A stretch of DNA of 63,623 nt, the filler included. It is 4 parts of 4 records of this genome, joined end to end, with 100 filler letters (N's around TTAATTAATTAA, not from the genome) between each part and the next. Parts side by side here need not be neighbours in the genome. Positions count along the whole stretch, not along the records: positions 49,930 to 63,623 come from SRR22947725_3719; 3 more parts are not named here. One strand, written 5' to 3'. A program made the translations under genes and the position numbers. How positions within the stretch are numbered: position 1 is the stretch's first letter; every line of letters starts with the position of its first letter. The notes below the pieces were generated by a model that worked only from the letters and a program-made list of their open reading frames with translations, was not told the DNA's origin and searched no databases. Below, in pieces: positions 50,151 through 60,002 of this stretch.

Positions 50151-51026
50151 ATGATTGATATTAATCCTAACAAACAAAACCAACAAACCATTAGAGAAAC
50201 TATTTCAATATCTGGAATAGGTTTGCATTCAGGTAAGCAAGTTGAGATGAAACTTGTACCTGCTGAAGTTGACCAAGGTGTGAAATTTATCAGATCTGAT
50301 AAAAAAAATAATAATGTAATTGATGCAATATGGTCAAATGTTTCTGAGACTGTTTTGAGCACAACTATTTCTAATAGTAGTAAATTAAAAATTTCTACTA
50401 TTGAGCATTTAATGAGTGCTTTGTCTGGTCTTCATATTGACAACCTAACTATTTACATTGATGCTTCTGAAGTTCCAATTATGGATGGTAGCTCAAAACC
50501 TTTTGTTGATTTAATTGAGAATGTTGGCATTGAAGTACAAAATAAAAAACGCAAAGTACTTAACGTAAAAAAAATTATTGAAGTTAAAAGCAATCAAAGC
50601 TCTGCAAAAATCATTCCTAATAATCAGTTTTCTATTGATTTTGAAATTGATTTTCCAAGTCAGTTAGTCTCAAAGCAATCATGTCAATTACAATTAATAA
50701 ATGGTAATTATAAAAGTGATATAGCAGCTGCAAGAACTTTTGGTTTTGAAAAAGACGTAGAGTATTTAAGAGCTAATGGATTAGCTTTAGGTGGTTCACT
50801 AGATAACGCAGTTGTAGTTGGTAAGAATAAAATTTTAAATAAAGATGGTCTTAGATACACTGATGAATTTGTTAGACATAAAATTCTTGATTCAATAGGT
50901 GATCTATACTTAGCTGGATCACCAATTATTGGTTATTTTTATGGTAATAAATCAGGACATCATCTAAATAATGAACTTTTGAGAAAACTATTTTCTGATA
51001 AATCAAACTATGAATATATAGTTTAG
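50151..51026 (+). CDS. lpxC: UDP-3-O-acyl-GlcNAc deacetylase
   Basis: GIGLHSG, TIEHLMSAL, EVPIMDGS, ARTFGF, RHKILDSIGDL. Confidence 0.97.
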   Translation: MIDINPNKQNQQTIRETISISGIGLHSGKQVEMKLVPAEVDQGVKFIRSDKKNNNVIDAIWSNVSETVLSTTISNSSKLKISTIEHLMSALSGLHIDNLTIYIDASEVPIMDGSSKPFVDLIENVGIEVQNKKRKVLNVKKIIEVKSNQSSAKIIPNNQFSIDFEIDFPSQLVSKQSCQLQLINGNYKSDIAAARTFGFEKDVEYLRANGLALGGSLDNAVVVGKNKILNKDGLRYTDEFVRHKILDSIGDLYLAGSPIIGYFYGNKSGHHLNNELLRKLFSDKSNYEYIV

Positions 51027-52408
51027 ATCATTTTTTTTGGATCAACAATTTTATCAAACTCTTTAACTGTAACTAGTTTTAATTTTAATGCTGCTTCCCT
51101 TAATGTAATATTATCATTAAACGCTTTTTTAGCAATTTTGGCAGAATTATCATAACCAATATGTTTATTAAGCGCTGTTACAAGCATTAGTGAATTTTGA
51201 ACATGTTTATTAATGTTATCCTTATTTAATGTTATTCCTTCTAAACAATTGCTACTAAAACTTTGTATACCATCGCTAAGAAGGTTGATTGAATTTATTA
51301 CATTAAAAATAATTACTGGTTTAAAGGCATTTAATTCAAAATGACCTTGAGATCCTGCAAGAGATACTGCTAAATTATTTCCCATAACTTGGGTACAAAT
51401 CATACTCAAAGCTTCAATCTGTGTAGGGTTTACTTTACCTGGCATTATTGATGAACCTGGTTCGTTAGCTGGAATATTGATTTCTCCTAGACCTGATCTT
51501 GGGCCTGAAGATAAAAACCGTAAATCGTTAAGAATCTTTAATAATGATACTGCTAATGTATTTAGTGAGTTTGAAAAGTTAACTAATGAGTCATGGCTGG
51601 CAATAGCTTCAAATTTATTTTTTGCAGGTTTGTAGTTATTTATTGTAAATTTATTTAAAAATTTACAAAAAACTTTATCAAAGTTTTTTGGAGCATTAAT
51701 ACCTGAGCCTACAGCCGTGCCTCCTTGTGCTAAATAATTTAATTCTTTTTTTGATAACTTTATTCTTTCAAAATTATTTTCAATTTGATGTAAATAACCA
51801 GAAAATTCATCACCCATTGTTAATGGGGTTGCATCTTGAGTATGAGTTCTTCCAATCTTAACAATTTTTGAATATGACTTAGTTTTCTTTTTCAATTCGC
51901 TAATTAATTTTTTAAGAGAAGGGATTAGTTTACTATCTGTTAGTTCATTTGCTGATATGTGCATAATAGTAGGAAAAGTATCATTTGATGATTGTGATAA
52001 ATTAACATGATCATTTGGATGAATTGGCATTTTTGATCCTACTTTACCATTTAAAATTTTTATTGCATAATTGCTGATAACTTCATTAGCATTCATGTTA
52101 CTTTGTGTACCTGAACCAGTTTGCCAAACTGAAAGTGGAAATTCATCAATAAGACTAAGGTTAATAATTTGATCGCAAGCTTTCGTAATTGCTTTAGTAA
52201 GTTTGGAGTTAATTAAACCTAGACTATGATTTGCTAAAACACTTGCTTTTTTTTGATGTCCTAAAGCTACAATAATTTCCTCAGGAATTTTATTATTTCC
52301 AATTTTAAAGTTTTCTAAAGAACGTTGAGTTTGGGCACCCCAAAGTCTTTTTGAGTCAATTTTTTTGACTCCTAAACTATCAGATTCTGTTCTTTTCTTA
52401 TTTGGCAT
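51023..52408 (-). CDS. fumC: Fumarate hydratase class II
   Basis: WQTGSGTQSNMN, GRTHTQDATP, GSSIMPGKVNPTQ. Confidence 0.97.
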   Translation of the reverse strand: MPNKKRTESDSLGVKKIDSKRLWGAQTQRSLENFKIGNNKIPEEIIVALGHQKKASVLANHSLGLINSKLTKAITKACDQIINLSLIDEFPLSVWQTGSGTQSNMNANEVISNYAIKILNGKVGSKMPIHPNDHVNLSQSSNDTFPTIMHISANELTDSKLIPSLKKLISELKKKTKSYSKIVKIGRTHTQDATPLTMGDEFSGYLHQIENNFERIKLSKKELNYLAQGGTAVGSGINAPKNFDKVFCKFLNKFTINNYKPAKNKFEAIASHDSLVNFSNSLNTLAVSLLKILNDLRFLSSGPRSGLGEINIPANEPGSSIMPGKVNPTQIEALSMICTQVMGNNLAVSLAGSQGHFELNAFKPVIIFNVINSINLLSDGIQSFSSNCLEGITLNKDNINKHVQNSLMLVTALNKHIGYDNSAKIAKKAFNDNITLREAALKLKLVTVKEFDKIVDPKKMI

Positions 52409-52465
52409 TGTTTGTTAATAGACTTTTATTCTATAACATAAATAAAATACCAAATTAAATATATT

Positions 52466-53095
52466 ATGAACAAACTTATATTACTAAGACATGGTCAAAG
52501 TCAGTGGAATTTAGAAAATAGATTTACTGGTTGGAAAAACGTACCGTTGACTGAAAAAGGTGAAGCAGAAGCAAAAAAAACAGGAGAATTGATAAGAAAA
52601 CACAACATAAGTATTGATAGAGTGTTTAGTAGTGTTCTCGAAAGAGCAAATAGAACAGCTGAAATCGCAATAAAAAAGGCTGAATTAAATAATTTATTAG
52701 AAAATAATAAGATAATTATGACTTGTAGTGAGAAACTTAATGAAAGAGATTATGGTGATTTGGTTGGTTTAAATAAACAAGAAACTGCTGATAAATTTGG
52801 AAAAGACCAAGTACATATTTGGAGACGCTCCTATGATACCCCTCCACCAAATGGTGAGAGCTTAAAAGATGTTGTGGAGAGAGTAGCGCCGTATTTTAAA
52901 GAAAATATCAAACCACTTCTTGATAAAGGTGAAAATATTTTAATTGCAGCTCATGGAAACTCTTTGAGAGCAATGATGATTGAGCTAGGTATGTATAAAT
53001 CTGAGGAAATTTCCAATATAGAACTTCCAACAGGTTCACCTCTTTGTATCAATTTAGATCAAGGAAGATTAGTTGATTTTAAATATCTTGATTAA
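52466..53095 (+). CDS. gpmA: 2,3-BPG-dependent phosphoglycerate mutase
   Basis: LRHGQSQWNLENRFTGW, LNERDYG, WRRSY, AHGNSLRA. Confidence 0.95.
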   Translation: MNKLILLRHGQSQWNLENRFTGWKNVPLTEKGEAEAKKTGELIRKHNISIDRVFSSVLERANRTAEIAIKKAELNNLLENNKIIMTCSEKLNERDYGDLVGLNKQETADKFGKDQVHIWRRSYDTPPPNGESLKDVVERVAPYFKENIKPLLDKGENILIAAHGNSLRAMMIELGMYKSEEISNIELPTGSPLCINLDQGRLVDFKYLD

Positions 53096-53541
53096 TTTTT
53101 CTTATAATTAGAAAAATTTATTACATTTGAAGATTTTTTCTTTTTCACAGACTTTTTTTTCTCAACTAAAGTTTTTTTATAATCTTCAACTTTAGTTTTA
53201 TTGAATTGATAGTTAAGTCCAAAATTAGATGAAGGATCTGCAAATGAAATAATTGAATCAAAAGGAATTATTAGATCACATTTTCTATTATTAAACGAAA
53301 GACCAATATTAAAATTCTTTTTGTTTACTGAAAGATGATAATACTCATATTGGATTACAATCGTCATCTCACTAGGATACTTTTGTAACAACCAATCAGG
53401 AACTGATGTTTTAGGTTTGTTTGTTGCGAAAGTCACATATAAATGATTTTTACTATCTAAACCTTTTTTTTCAATTTCTTTTAATATTTCAATAAAAACA
53501 TTTAATAAATTTTTATTTAAAATTTTTTGATACTGAATCAT
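53092..53541 (-). CDS. sspB: Alphaproteobacterial ClpXP adaptor SspB
   Basis: NHLYVTFAT, YPSEMTIVIQ, FADPSSNFGL, C-terminal NVINFSNYKK. Confidence 0.85.
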   Translation of the reverse strand: MIQYQKILNKNLLNVFIEILKEIEKKGLDSKNHLYVTFATNKPKTSVPDWLLQKYPSEMTIVIQYEYYHLSVNKKNFNIGLSFNNRKCDLIIPFDSIISFADPSSNFGLNYQFNKTKVEDYKKTLVEKKKSVKKKKSSNVINFSNYKKN

Positions 53542-53660
53542 TTTTTATTCGATTATAGGGTTTCAAATTGTTTACTACTAAATCTTATTTTAAATGTTTG
53601 TTTAATATAATGAAATGAATTAAATGAATTTTATATATAATATTTTATTCTAAAACAAAT

Positions 53661-56111
53661 ATGGAAATTGAAAATAAAATCCCAAAATCGTGCAAGGTTG
53701 TAGTTATTGGTGGTGGTGTAGCTGGTTGCTCAACTGCCTACCACTTGGCTAAATATGGTTGGAAAGATACAGTTCTTCTTGAAAGAGATGTTCTCACTTC
53801 AGGGACTACTTGGCATGCCGCTGGCTTAATAGGGCAATTAGGCTCCAGCGCAACAATAACTAAGCTTAGAAATTATTCTTTAAATTTATATAAAAGATTA
53901 GAAAAAGAAACGGGACTTTCTACAGGCTTAAAACAAAATGGGTCACTTACTGTAGCGACTACTTTGGATAGATTAGAGGAACTTAAGAGGCAACTTACGT
54001 TTGCCCAACGCTTTGATATTGAAGCAAGACAAGTTAGCAATGAAGAAATAAAAGAAATTTACCCGCTAATTAATACTGAAGATTTAGTTGGTGGAGTTTT
54101 TATCAAAAAAGATGGGCAGGCTGATCCGGTTGGAGTGGCAAACGTTATGGCAAAAGCAGCAAGACAAAATGGTGCTACAATTATTGAAAAATGCCCTGTA
54201 AAAAAGATATTAACAAAAAATAATAAAATTGTTGGAGTTGAAACTAACTATGGAAAAATAGAATGCGAATATGTTGTCTTGGCAACAGGTATGTGGTCCA
54301 GGCAAATCGCAAAAGAAATTGATGTCAGTATACCTTTGTATCCAGATGAGCATTTTTATGTATTAAGTGAGCCCATAGCAGATATAGATAGATCATTGCC
54401 TGTTTTAAGAGATTATAATAATTGTCTATATCTTAAGGAAGATGCTGGTAAATTATTGGTAGGAGTTTTTGAGCCAAATGCTAAACCTGCTTTTACAAAC
54501 AATTATAAAGTGCCTGATGATTTTTCTTTTGGAGAATTGCCTGAAGATTTTGATCATTTTGAACCATATTTGATTAACGCAATGAATCGGGTACCTAGTT
54601 TAGAGCAATCAGGAATAAGAAAATTTTTTAATGGACCAGAGTCTTTTACGCCGGACACTAACTATCTATTAGGTGAAACTCCAGAGGTAAAAAAATTATT
54701 CATGTGTGGAGGTTTTAATAGTATCGGAATTGTCAGTTCAGGTGGAGCAGGTAAGGTTACAGCTGAGTGGATGATGAGCGGTGAAATGCAGGATGATATT
54801 TTTTCACTTGATATTTCAAGGTTTGAAAAATTTCACTCAGAATTAGATTTTATAACTGAGAGGGTTACAGAGACACTGGGTAATTTATATGCAATGCATT
54901 GGCCCTTTAAACAGCATACTACTTCAAGAAACCAAAAACTTATGCCTTATCATGATCATTTGATAAAAAGAGGAGCTTGTTTTGGTCAAGCGGCAGCATA
55001 TGAAAGACCAATGTGGTATGCAATTAATGGCAATGAACCAAAATACAAATACAGTTATGGGTACCAAAATTGGTATGAGTCTGCTGAATACGAAACTGTT
55101 AATGCCAGGAAAAATTTAGCATTATTTGAGTTATCACCTTTTGCTAAATTTGAATTGATAGGACCTAGCTGTCATTCCTCTCTACAATACTTGTGTGCAA
55201 ACGATATTAAAAATCAAGTTGGAGCTATAACATACACACAAATGCTTAATTCTAAAGGTGGAATAGAATCAGATTTAACTGTTACATGTATTGAAGAAAA
55301 TAGATTTAGAGTTGTTACAGGATCAGGTGTTCGAACGCATGATAAAAAACATATTTTAAAATACTTAGATTCATCAGTAAGTTTTACAGATATAACGGAT
55401 GATTATGCTTGTTTTGGTATTTTTGGACCAAAGAGTAGGGATTTATTAACAGAACTATTCGGTGATTATTATTCAAACTCAGATTTTAAATTTGGTACAG
55501 GTAAGAAAATCATTAAAGATAATATTACATTGTGGTTTCAGCGAATATCTTATGTTGGTGAGCTTGGTTGGGAAATATATATACCAACTGAAAAATCAAA
55601 AGAAATATACGAATTAATAATTACTTTAGAAAAAAAATTTGGATTAGTTCATGCTGGTGCACATGCGATGGACATCATGAGAATGGAAAAAGGTTATTTA
55701 CACTGGGGACATGATATATCGTCTGCTGAAAATCCTTATGAAGCTGGGTTAGCTTTTGCCTTAAAATTAAACAAGAAAGAAGATTTTATTGGTAAAGAAT
55801 TTTTAATAAATAATAAAAATATTCGCAAAAAGAAATTGTTAATGTTTGTATTAAATGACACTACTCCTGGTAACCCGCTATTACTCCATGATGAACCAAT
55901 TTATTATAAAGGAAAAATAGTTGGAGAAACAACATCAGGTAATTACTCTTTTATATATAATAAAAATTTAGCTTATGGTTATATTGATGCTAAACTAGTT
56001 TTTGATGTATCTAATTCTGTTTTTGAAATTGAGGTTGCAAAGAAAAAATATAAAGCTTCAGTATTGAATAAAGCTCTTCACGATCCTGATAATAATTTTA
56101 TTAGAAATTAA
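53661..56111 (+). CDS. GcvT-family FAD-dependent (dimethylglycine/sarcosine-type) dehydrogenase
   Basis: GGGVAG, SGTTWHAAG, NGPESFTPD, SYVGELGWE, RMEKGY. Confidence 0.9.
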   Translation: MEIENKIPKSCKVVVIGGGVAGCSTAYHLAKYGWKDTVLLERDVLTSGTTWHAAGLIGQLGSSATITKLRNYSLNLYKRLEKETGLSTGLKQNGSLTVATTLDRLEELKRQLTFAQRFDIEARQVSNEEIKEIYPLINTEDLVGGVFIKKDGQADPVGVANVMAKAARQNGATIIEKCPVKKILTKNNKIVGVETNYGKIECEYVVLATGMWSRQIAKEIDVSIPLYPDEHFYVLSEPIADIDRSLPVLRDYNNCLYLKEDAGKLLVGVFEPNAKPAFTNNYKVPDDFSFGELPEDFDHFEPYLINAMNRVPSLEQSGIRKFFNGPESFTPDTNYLLGETPEVKKLFMCGGFNSIGIVSSGGAGKVTAEWMMSGEMQDDIFSLDISRFEKFHSELDFITERVTETLGNLYAMHWPFKQHTTSRNQKLMPYHDHLIKRGACFGQAAAYERPMWYAINGNEPKYKYSYGYQNWYESAEYETVNARKNLALFELSPFAKFELIGPSCHSSLQYLCANDIKNQVGAITYTQMLNSKGGIESDLTVTCIEENRFRVVTGSGVRTHDKKHILKYLDSSVSFTDITDDYACFGIFGPKSRDLLTELFGDYYSNSDFKFGTGKKIIKDNITLWFQRISYVGELGWEIYIPTEKSKEIYELIITLEKKFGLVHAGAHAMDIMRMEKGYLHWGHDISSAENPYEAGLAFALKLNKKEDFIGKEFLINNKNIRKKKLLMFVLNDTTPGNPLLLHDEPIYYKGKIVGETTSGNYSFIYNKNLAYGYIDAKLVFDVSNSVFEIEVAKKKYKASVLNKALHDPDNNFIRN

Positions 56112-56123
56112 ATTAATTAAAAA

Positions 56124-56145
56124 GGGGCGTTCTGTTGCCCAGTGC
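56124..56145 (-). repeat. Displaced copy of the tmRNA 3' end (att-like direct repeat)
   Basis: GGGGCGTTCTGTTGCCCAGTGC is 21/22 identical to 63423-63444 in the same orientation. Confidence 0.85.
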
Positions 56146-56582
56146 AAGAAACGGGGCTACCGTTGGATCGTACACTTTTCACGCAAAAAACCAACTAATT
56201 TGTAGTTAATTTATTCATTCTTTATTAAAATCTTATTACCACTTTTCTATAATAAATGGCACTTCTAATCCCACATGGATCGCACATTTTTTTATTGCTT
56301 TGTGGTCCTATTCGCTAGGATAAACCTTCGTATTTAAAAATTGAATCATCTTAAAAATCAAACCATTCAATGCTCAACTCAACCCGTTAAAAGATTCTGA
56401 GCGTTAAAAAATTATGCCTAAAAAATTCATTTTAGAAAGGTACTGGGGAAGGATCGCTTCACTCACCTTTCTTTCTTATTAGTTATTTGAGAGCAAAGTG
56501 ATACATAGTGATCCACAGATGCTATAGAATGATGTTGTTGGAAAAATTTTTGTAGGATTAATTAGAAATAATTAGAAAAATA

Positions 56583-56635
56583 GTACAAAGTTCAAAGGTT
56601 TAGCAAATCTGTAGTTTGAGCCACTCACCAATCTA
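56583..56635 (-). pseudogene. Possible decayed tRNA-Ser(GCT) fragment
   Basis: Minus strand GGTGAGTGGCTCAAACTA-CAGAT-TTGCTAA-ACCTT resembles a D arm plus GCT anticodon loop; anticodon stem is broken and there is no T arm. Confidence 0.35.
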
Positions 56636-56767
56636 TAGTTTTTAAATTTTAAATACATATTATTTTATTTAACTATCAACAAATATTTACTTAAAACTCA
56701 TTAATATTAAATTTATTTTATTAATTTATATTAAAATATGGCTAAATTGTATTATGAAATATAAAAA

Positions 56768-58015
56768 ATGATTTATTCTATATTTAATTTTCAAAAAATT
56801 TTATTAATCTTTATATCAATTTATATTTTTCTAATTAACTTTTATCATTGGGATTATAATAGAATAAGAGCATCAGAATTTTTTTTTATTTTGATAATTT
56901 TTTATTCAATTTGTGGAATTTATTTTAAAAAAATAAGTTTTAATATAATAAATAGTGATCTTATAATTTTCCTACTACTATTATCTAGTCTATTAATTTA
57001 TACTATGAATGGCTTTGATAGAAGTTTTCTTTTTGGTGTTTTTTTTTACTTTTATATATTTATAATTTATATTTTTTTTCGAAATATATTAGAAATTTTC
57101 AATTATAAAATTATTTTAAAAATAATTCTTGTCTCCTCATTGGTTGTTTCAACAATGGGTATTATAGGTTGGATACTTTATCAATTTAACATTGAAAATA
57201 TTTTAGCTCAGGAAAGAGATTACCCTTTTAAAATTGGAAAAAGTATAAGAGCCAATAGTTTATTTAGTACCCCTAATATGTTTGCAATTAATTCGATTTC
57301 ATCAATAATTATTTTGTCATTCTTTAATTCTAAAAATCTGAAATATTATTATTTTTATCTTTTTGTATTTTTAACAGGACTTCTAATTACTTTTTCCAAA
57401 TCTATAATACTTTTATTCGGTTTGTTATTTCTATATTTATATTTAAAATCTAATAAAAAAAATTTTTTGAAAGTTTACTTATTTTTATTTATATTTTTTT
57501 TAATCATTCAAACTCTTTTTACTAATTTTATTATTATAAATGATAATAAAACAAACTCTTGGCTTAATCATAGTTTTGTAAAAGATAATTCTTTACCAAT
57601 CTTTGAAGTTGAAGGTTATAAAATTTACAAAACCATCTACTTTGATTTAAAAAATAAAAGCCTTTTAATTATAAAAGAATATTTTCCAGATGGAGTTGGC
57701 TTTAGAAATTTTAGTAAAATAAATATTAATGAATTTGATTATTTAAAAGATATTAATGCGCATTCAATTTACTTTGGAAGTTTAAGTGAAATTGGAATAT
57801 TTGCTATTTCAATTATCTTTTTTTTATTTTTTATGATTAATAATTCAATAAAACTCTATTTAAAAAATAAAGAATTTTTATTTTTAATATTATTTTTTAC
57901 TTATTTTATTGCTGAGGGTATTAACACGGACTTAATGAGCTATAAAATTACTTGGATAATTGTCGCAATATCTTTATATTTAAATAAAATAACAAAAGAT
58001 AAAAATGATTATTAA
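56768..58015 (+). CDS. O-antigen ligase/Wzy-like membrane protein
   Basis: Many TM helices, RANSLFSTPN, TFSKS, GVGF, NAHSIY...SEIG. Confidence 0.72.
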   Translation: MIYSIFNFQKILLIFISIYIFLINFYHWDYNRIRASEFFFILIIFYSICGIYFKKISFNIINSDLIIFLLLLSSLLIYTMNGFDRSFLFGVFFYFYIFIIYIFFRNILEIFNYKIILKIILVSSLVVSTMGIIGWILYQFNIENILAQERDYPFKIGKSIRANSLFSTPNMFAINSISSIIILSFFNSKNLKYYYFYLFVFLTGLLITFSKSIILLFGLLFLYLYLKSNKKNFLKVYLFLFIFFLIIQTLFTNFIIINDNKTNSWLNHSFVKDNSLPIFEVEGYKIYKTIYFDLKNKSLLIIKEYFPDGVGFRNFSKININEFDYLKDINAHSIYFGSLSEIGIFAISIIFFLFFMINNSIKLYLKNKEFLFLILFFTYFIAEGINTDLMSYKITWIIVAISLYLNKITKDKNDY

Positions 58016-58742
58016 TAAAAAAATTATCGTTGTTTTGCCTTCATACAATGCAGAAAAGACACTAAAAAAAACTGTAGAAGAAATAGATCGTTCAATTGTT
58101 GATGAAATTATTTTAATTGATGATTTTAGTACAGATAAAACACTAGAGGTGGCTAAAAAATTAAATTTAAAAACAATAAAACACAAAAAAAATCTTGGTT
58201 ACGGAGGTAATCAAAAAACCTGTTATAATGAAGCTTTGAAACAAAATGCTGATATTGTAATTATGCTTCATCCTGATTACCAGTATACTCCTAAACTTAT
58301 TCCTGCAATGGCTGGTATGATAGCTTCAGAAAAATATGATTTTGTATTAGGTTCAAGAATTATTGGAGGAGGAGCACTTAAGGGTGGTATGCCATTATAT
58401 AAATATATATTTAATAGAGTTTTAACATTAATTGAGAATTTACTAACAGGTCTAAAGTTATCAGAATTTCATACAGGATTTAGAGCATATTCAAGTGAAC
58501 TTTTAAAAAAAGTAGATTTTAATAATAATAGCAATGATTTTATTTTTGATAATCAAATGATAATTAAATCTCATTATTTAAAATTTTGCATTGGAGAAAT
58601 TTCCTGTCCAACAAGATATGATAAAAATTCATCTTCAATTAATTTTTATAGAAGTCTTATATACGGATTTGGATGTATTAAATATGGTTTATTATTTTTT
58701 TTAATAAAAAATAAAATATTTAAAAGTAGATTTTTTAAATAA
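58005..58742 (+). CDS. Glycosyltransferase family 2 (DPM1-like)
   Basis: VLPSYNAE, DDFSTD, NLGYGGNQK, HPDYQY, VLGSR, HTGFRAY. Confidence 0.92.
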   Translation: MIINKKIIVVLPSYNAEKTLKKTVEEIDRSIVDEIILIDDFSTDKTLEVAKKLNLKTIKHKKNLGYGGNQKTCYNEALKQNADIVIMLHPDYQYTPKLIPAMAGMIASEKYDFVLGSRIIGGGALKGGMPLYKYIFNRVLTLIENLLTGLKLSEFHTGFRAYSSELLKKVDFNNNSNDFIFDNQMIIKSHYLKFCIGEISCPTRYDKNSSSINFYRSLIYGFGCIKYGLLFFLIKNKIFKSRFFK

Positions 58743-58744
58743 AT

Positions 58745-59326
58745 TTATTTATCGTGAATAATTACCGAGTCTATTTTAGAAATTCCACTTATTAAGATTG
58801 GATCAGAAGATATTGGACCGCCGGAACTAAAAAAGTAGGTCCCTTTAGTATATTTTTTTTTGTAAAGTTGTGAATGGACGCAGGATGATCCTATAATTAA
58901 TAATTCAAAATTATCTAATTCCCAATTTTTATATTTAGAATTATTATTTAATTTACAAATTGGCCTATATATTGTTACATCTTCTAAAAAAGTAATTTTT
59001 AAATTTTTATTTCTATGTCTTTCTAATTGAATTATGTAATAATCTCTTAGTTTTTCTTCATTTTTTTGATTATAAAATATTCTGTCAATCCAAATATTTT
59101 GTTTTAATAAATACTTGCTAAAAAATATTTCTTTATGATTCCATTCTGGATATTCATCTTGATATTTTTTAAAGGTATCATCAAAAAAAAAGTTAATATA
59201 AATTTCATTTTTTATATCCTTAAGAATATAATAAGGAAAAATTTTTAGTTGCATTGTAATTATACCAAATAAATAAAAAAAAATAATAATTAAAATTAAA
59301 AATAATTTTCTTTTTATGCTTTTCAT
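58745..59326 (-). CDS. Hypothetical membrane-anchored protein
   Basis: N-terminal TM helix; start overlaps the VTC gene stop. Confidence 0.7.
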   Translation of the reverse strand: MKSIKRKLFLILIIIFFYLFGIITMQLKIFPYYILKDIKNEIYINFFFDDTFKKYQDEYPEWNHKEIFFSKYLLKQNIWIDRIFYNQKNEEKLRDYYIIQLERHRNKNLKITFLEDVTIYRPICKLNNNSKYKNWELDNFELLIIGSSCVHSQLYKKKYTKGTYFFSSGGPISSDPILISGISKIDSVIIHDK

Positions 59327-60000
59327 ATGTATGAAATTCCATTTGTTTTTGACAATCCTAATAAATATTTTGAACTTCTATTAAAATTTACATTTGTATT
59401 ACCTATTTTCTTTTGAAAAATATCTCTTAAATCTTCATTAAATTTAAATTCTATAATATTTTTATAATATTTATAATTATCATTTCTAAATATTTTGAAA
59501 TTACTTTCAGTTTTATAAAAATTAATATTTCTATCTACTGTGACTCTTATATTATTAGTGGTTTCATAATATTCACGAATATAATTCACCTTAAGAGTAG
59601 GATGTAAATTAGGATAAAAATTTATTTTAATAAGAATATCAAAATTATTATATAATAATTTTGTTAAGTCATTATATTTAATATTTTGATTAAATATTAT
59701 TTTATTTTTTATACTTATATTTACTTTTTCTCCTAATCTACCTATTTTATTTTTAATTTCAAGCACGGGACTATGAAAATCATTATTTGACCTACCATAC
59801 CACCTTATTCTAATTTTTTTTCTCTTTGATAAACCAATGATATTTTCTTTAGCAAACTTATATTTTGGCGTATCAAAATATATTGAGTTTACAAATCTAT
59901 TATTATATTTTTTTTTAATAGATGAATTTTTAAATAACCAATTTAAAATATTAATTGTATTTCTTTCATCAGTAATCAATTTTAGTTCATATCTATACAT
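59323..60000 (-). CDS. VTC (polyphosphate polymerase, CYTH-fold) domain protein
   Basis: RYELK, NSIYFDT, KIRIRWYG, LEIKNK, YIREYY, RVTVD, IIEFKF, SKY. Confidence 0.85.
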   Translation of the reverse strand: MYRYELKLITDERNTINILNWLFKNSSIKKKYNNRFVNSIYFDTPKYKFAKENIIGLSKRKKIRIRWYGRSNNDFHSPVLEIKNKIGRLGEKVNISIKNKIIFNQNIKYNDLTKLLYNNFDILIKINFYPNLHPTLKVNYIREYYETTNNIRVTVDRNINFYKTESNFKIFRNDNYKYYKNIIEFKFNEDLRDIFQKKIGNTNVNFNRSSKYLLGLSKTNGISYI

Positions 60001-60002
60001 AT

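Noticed and set aside
56146-56767. Integrase pseudogene at the island end
   Set aside because: No ORF in the track and no tyrosine-recombinase motif that I could recognise; a translated search would be needed to exclude a remnant.
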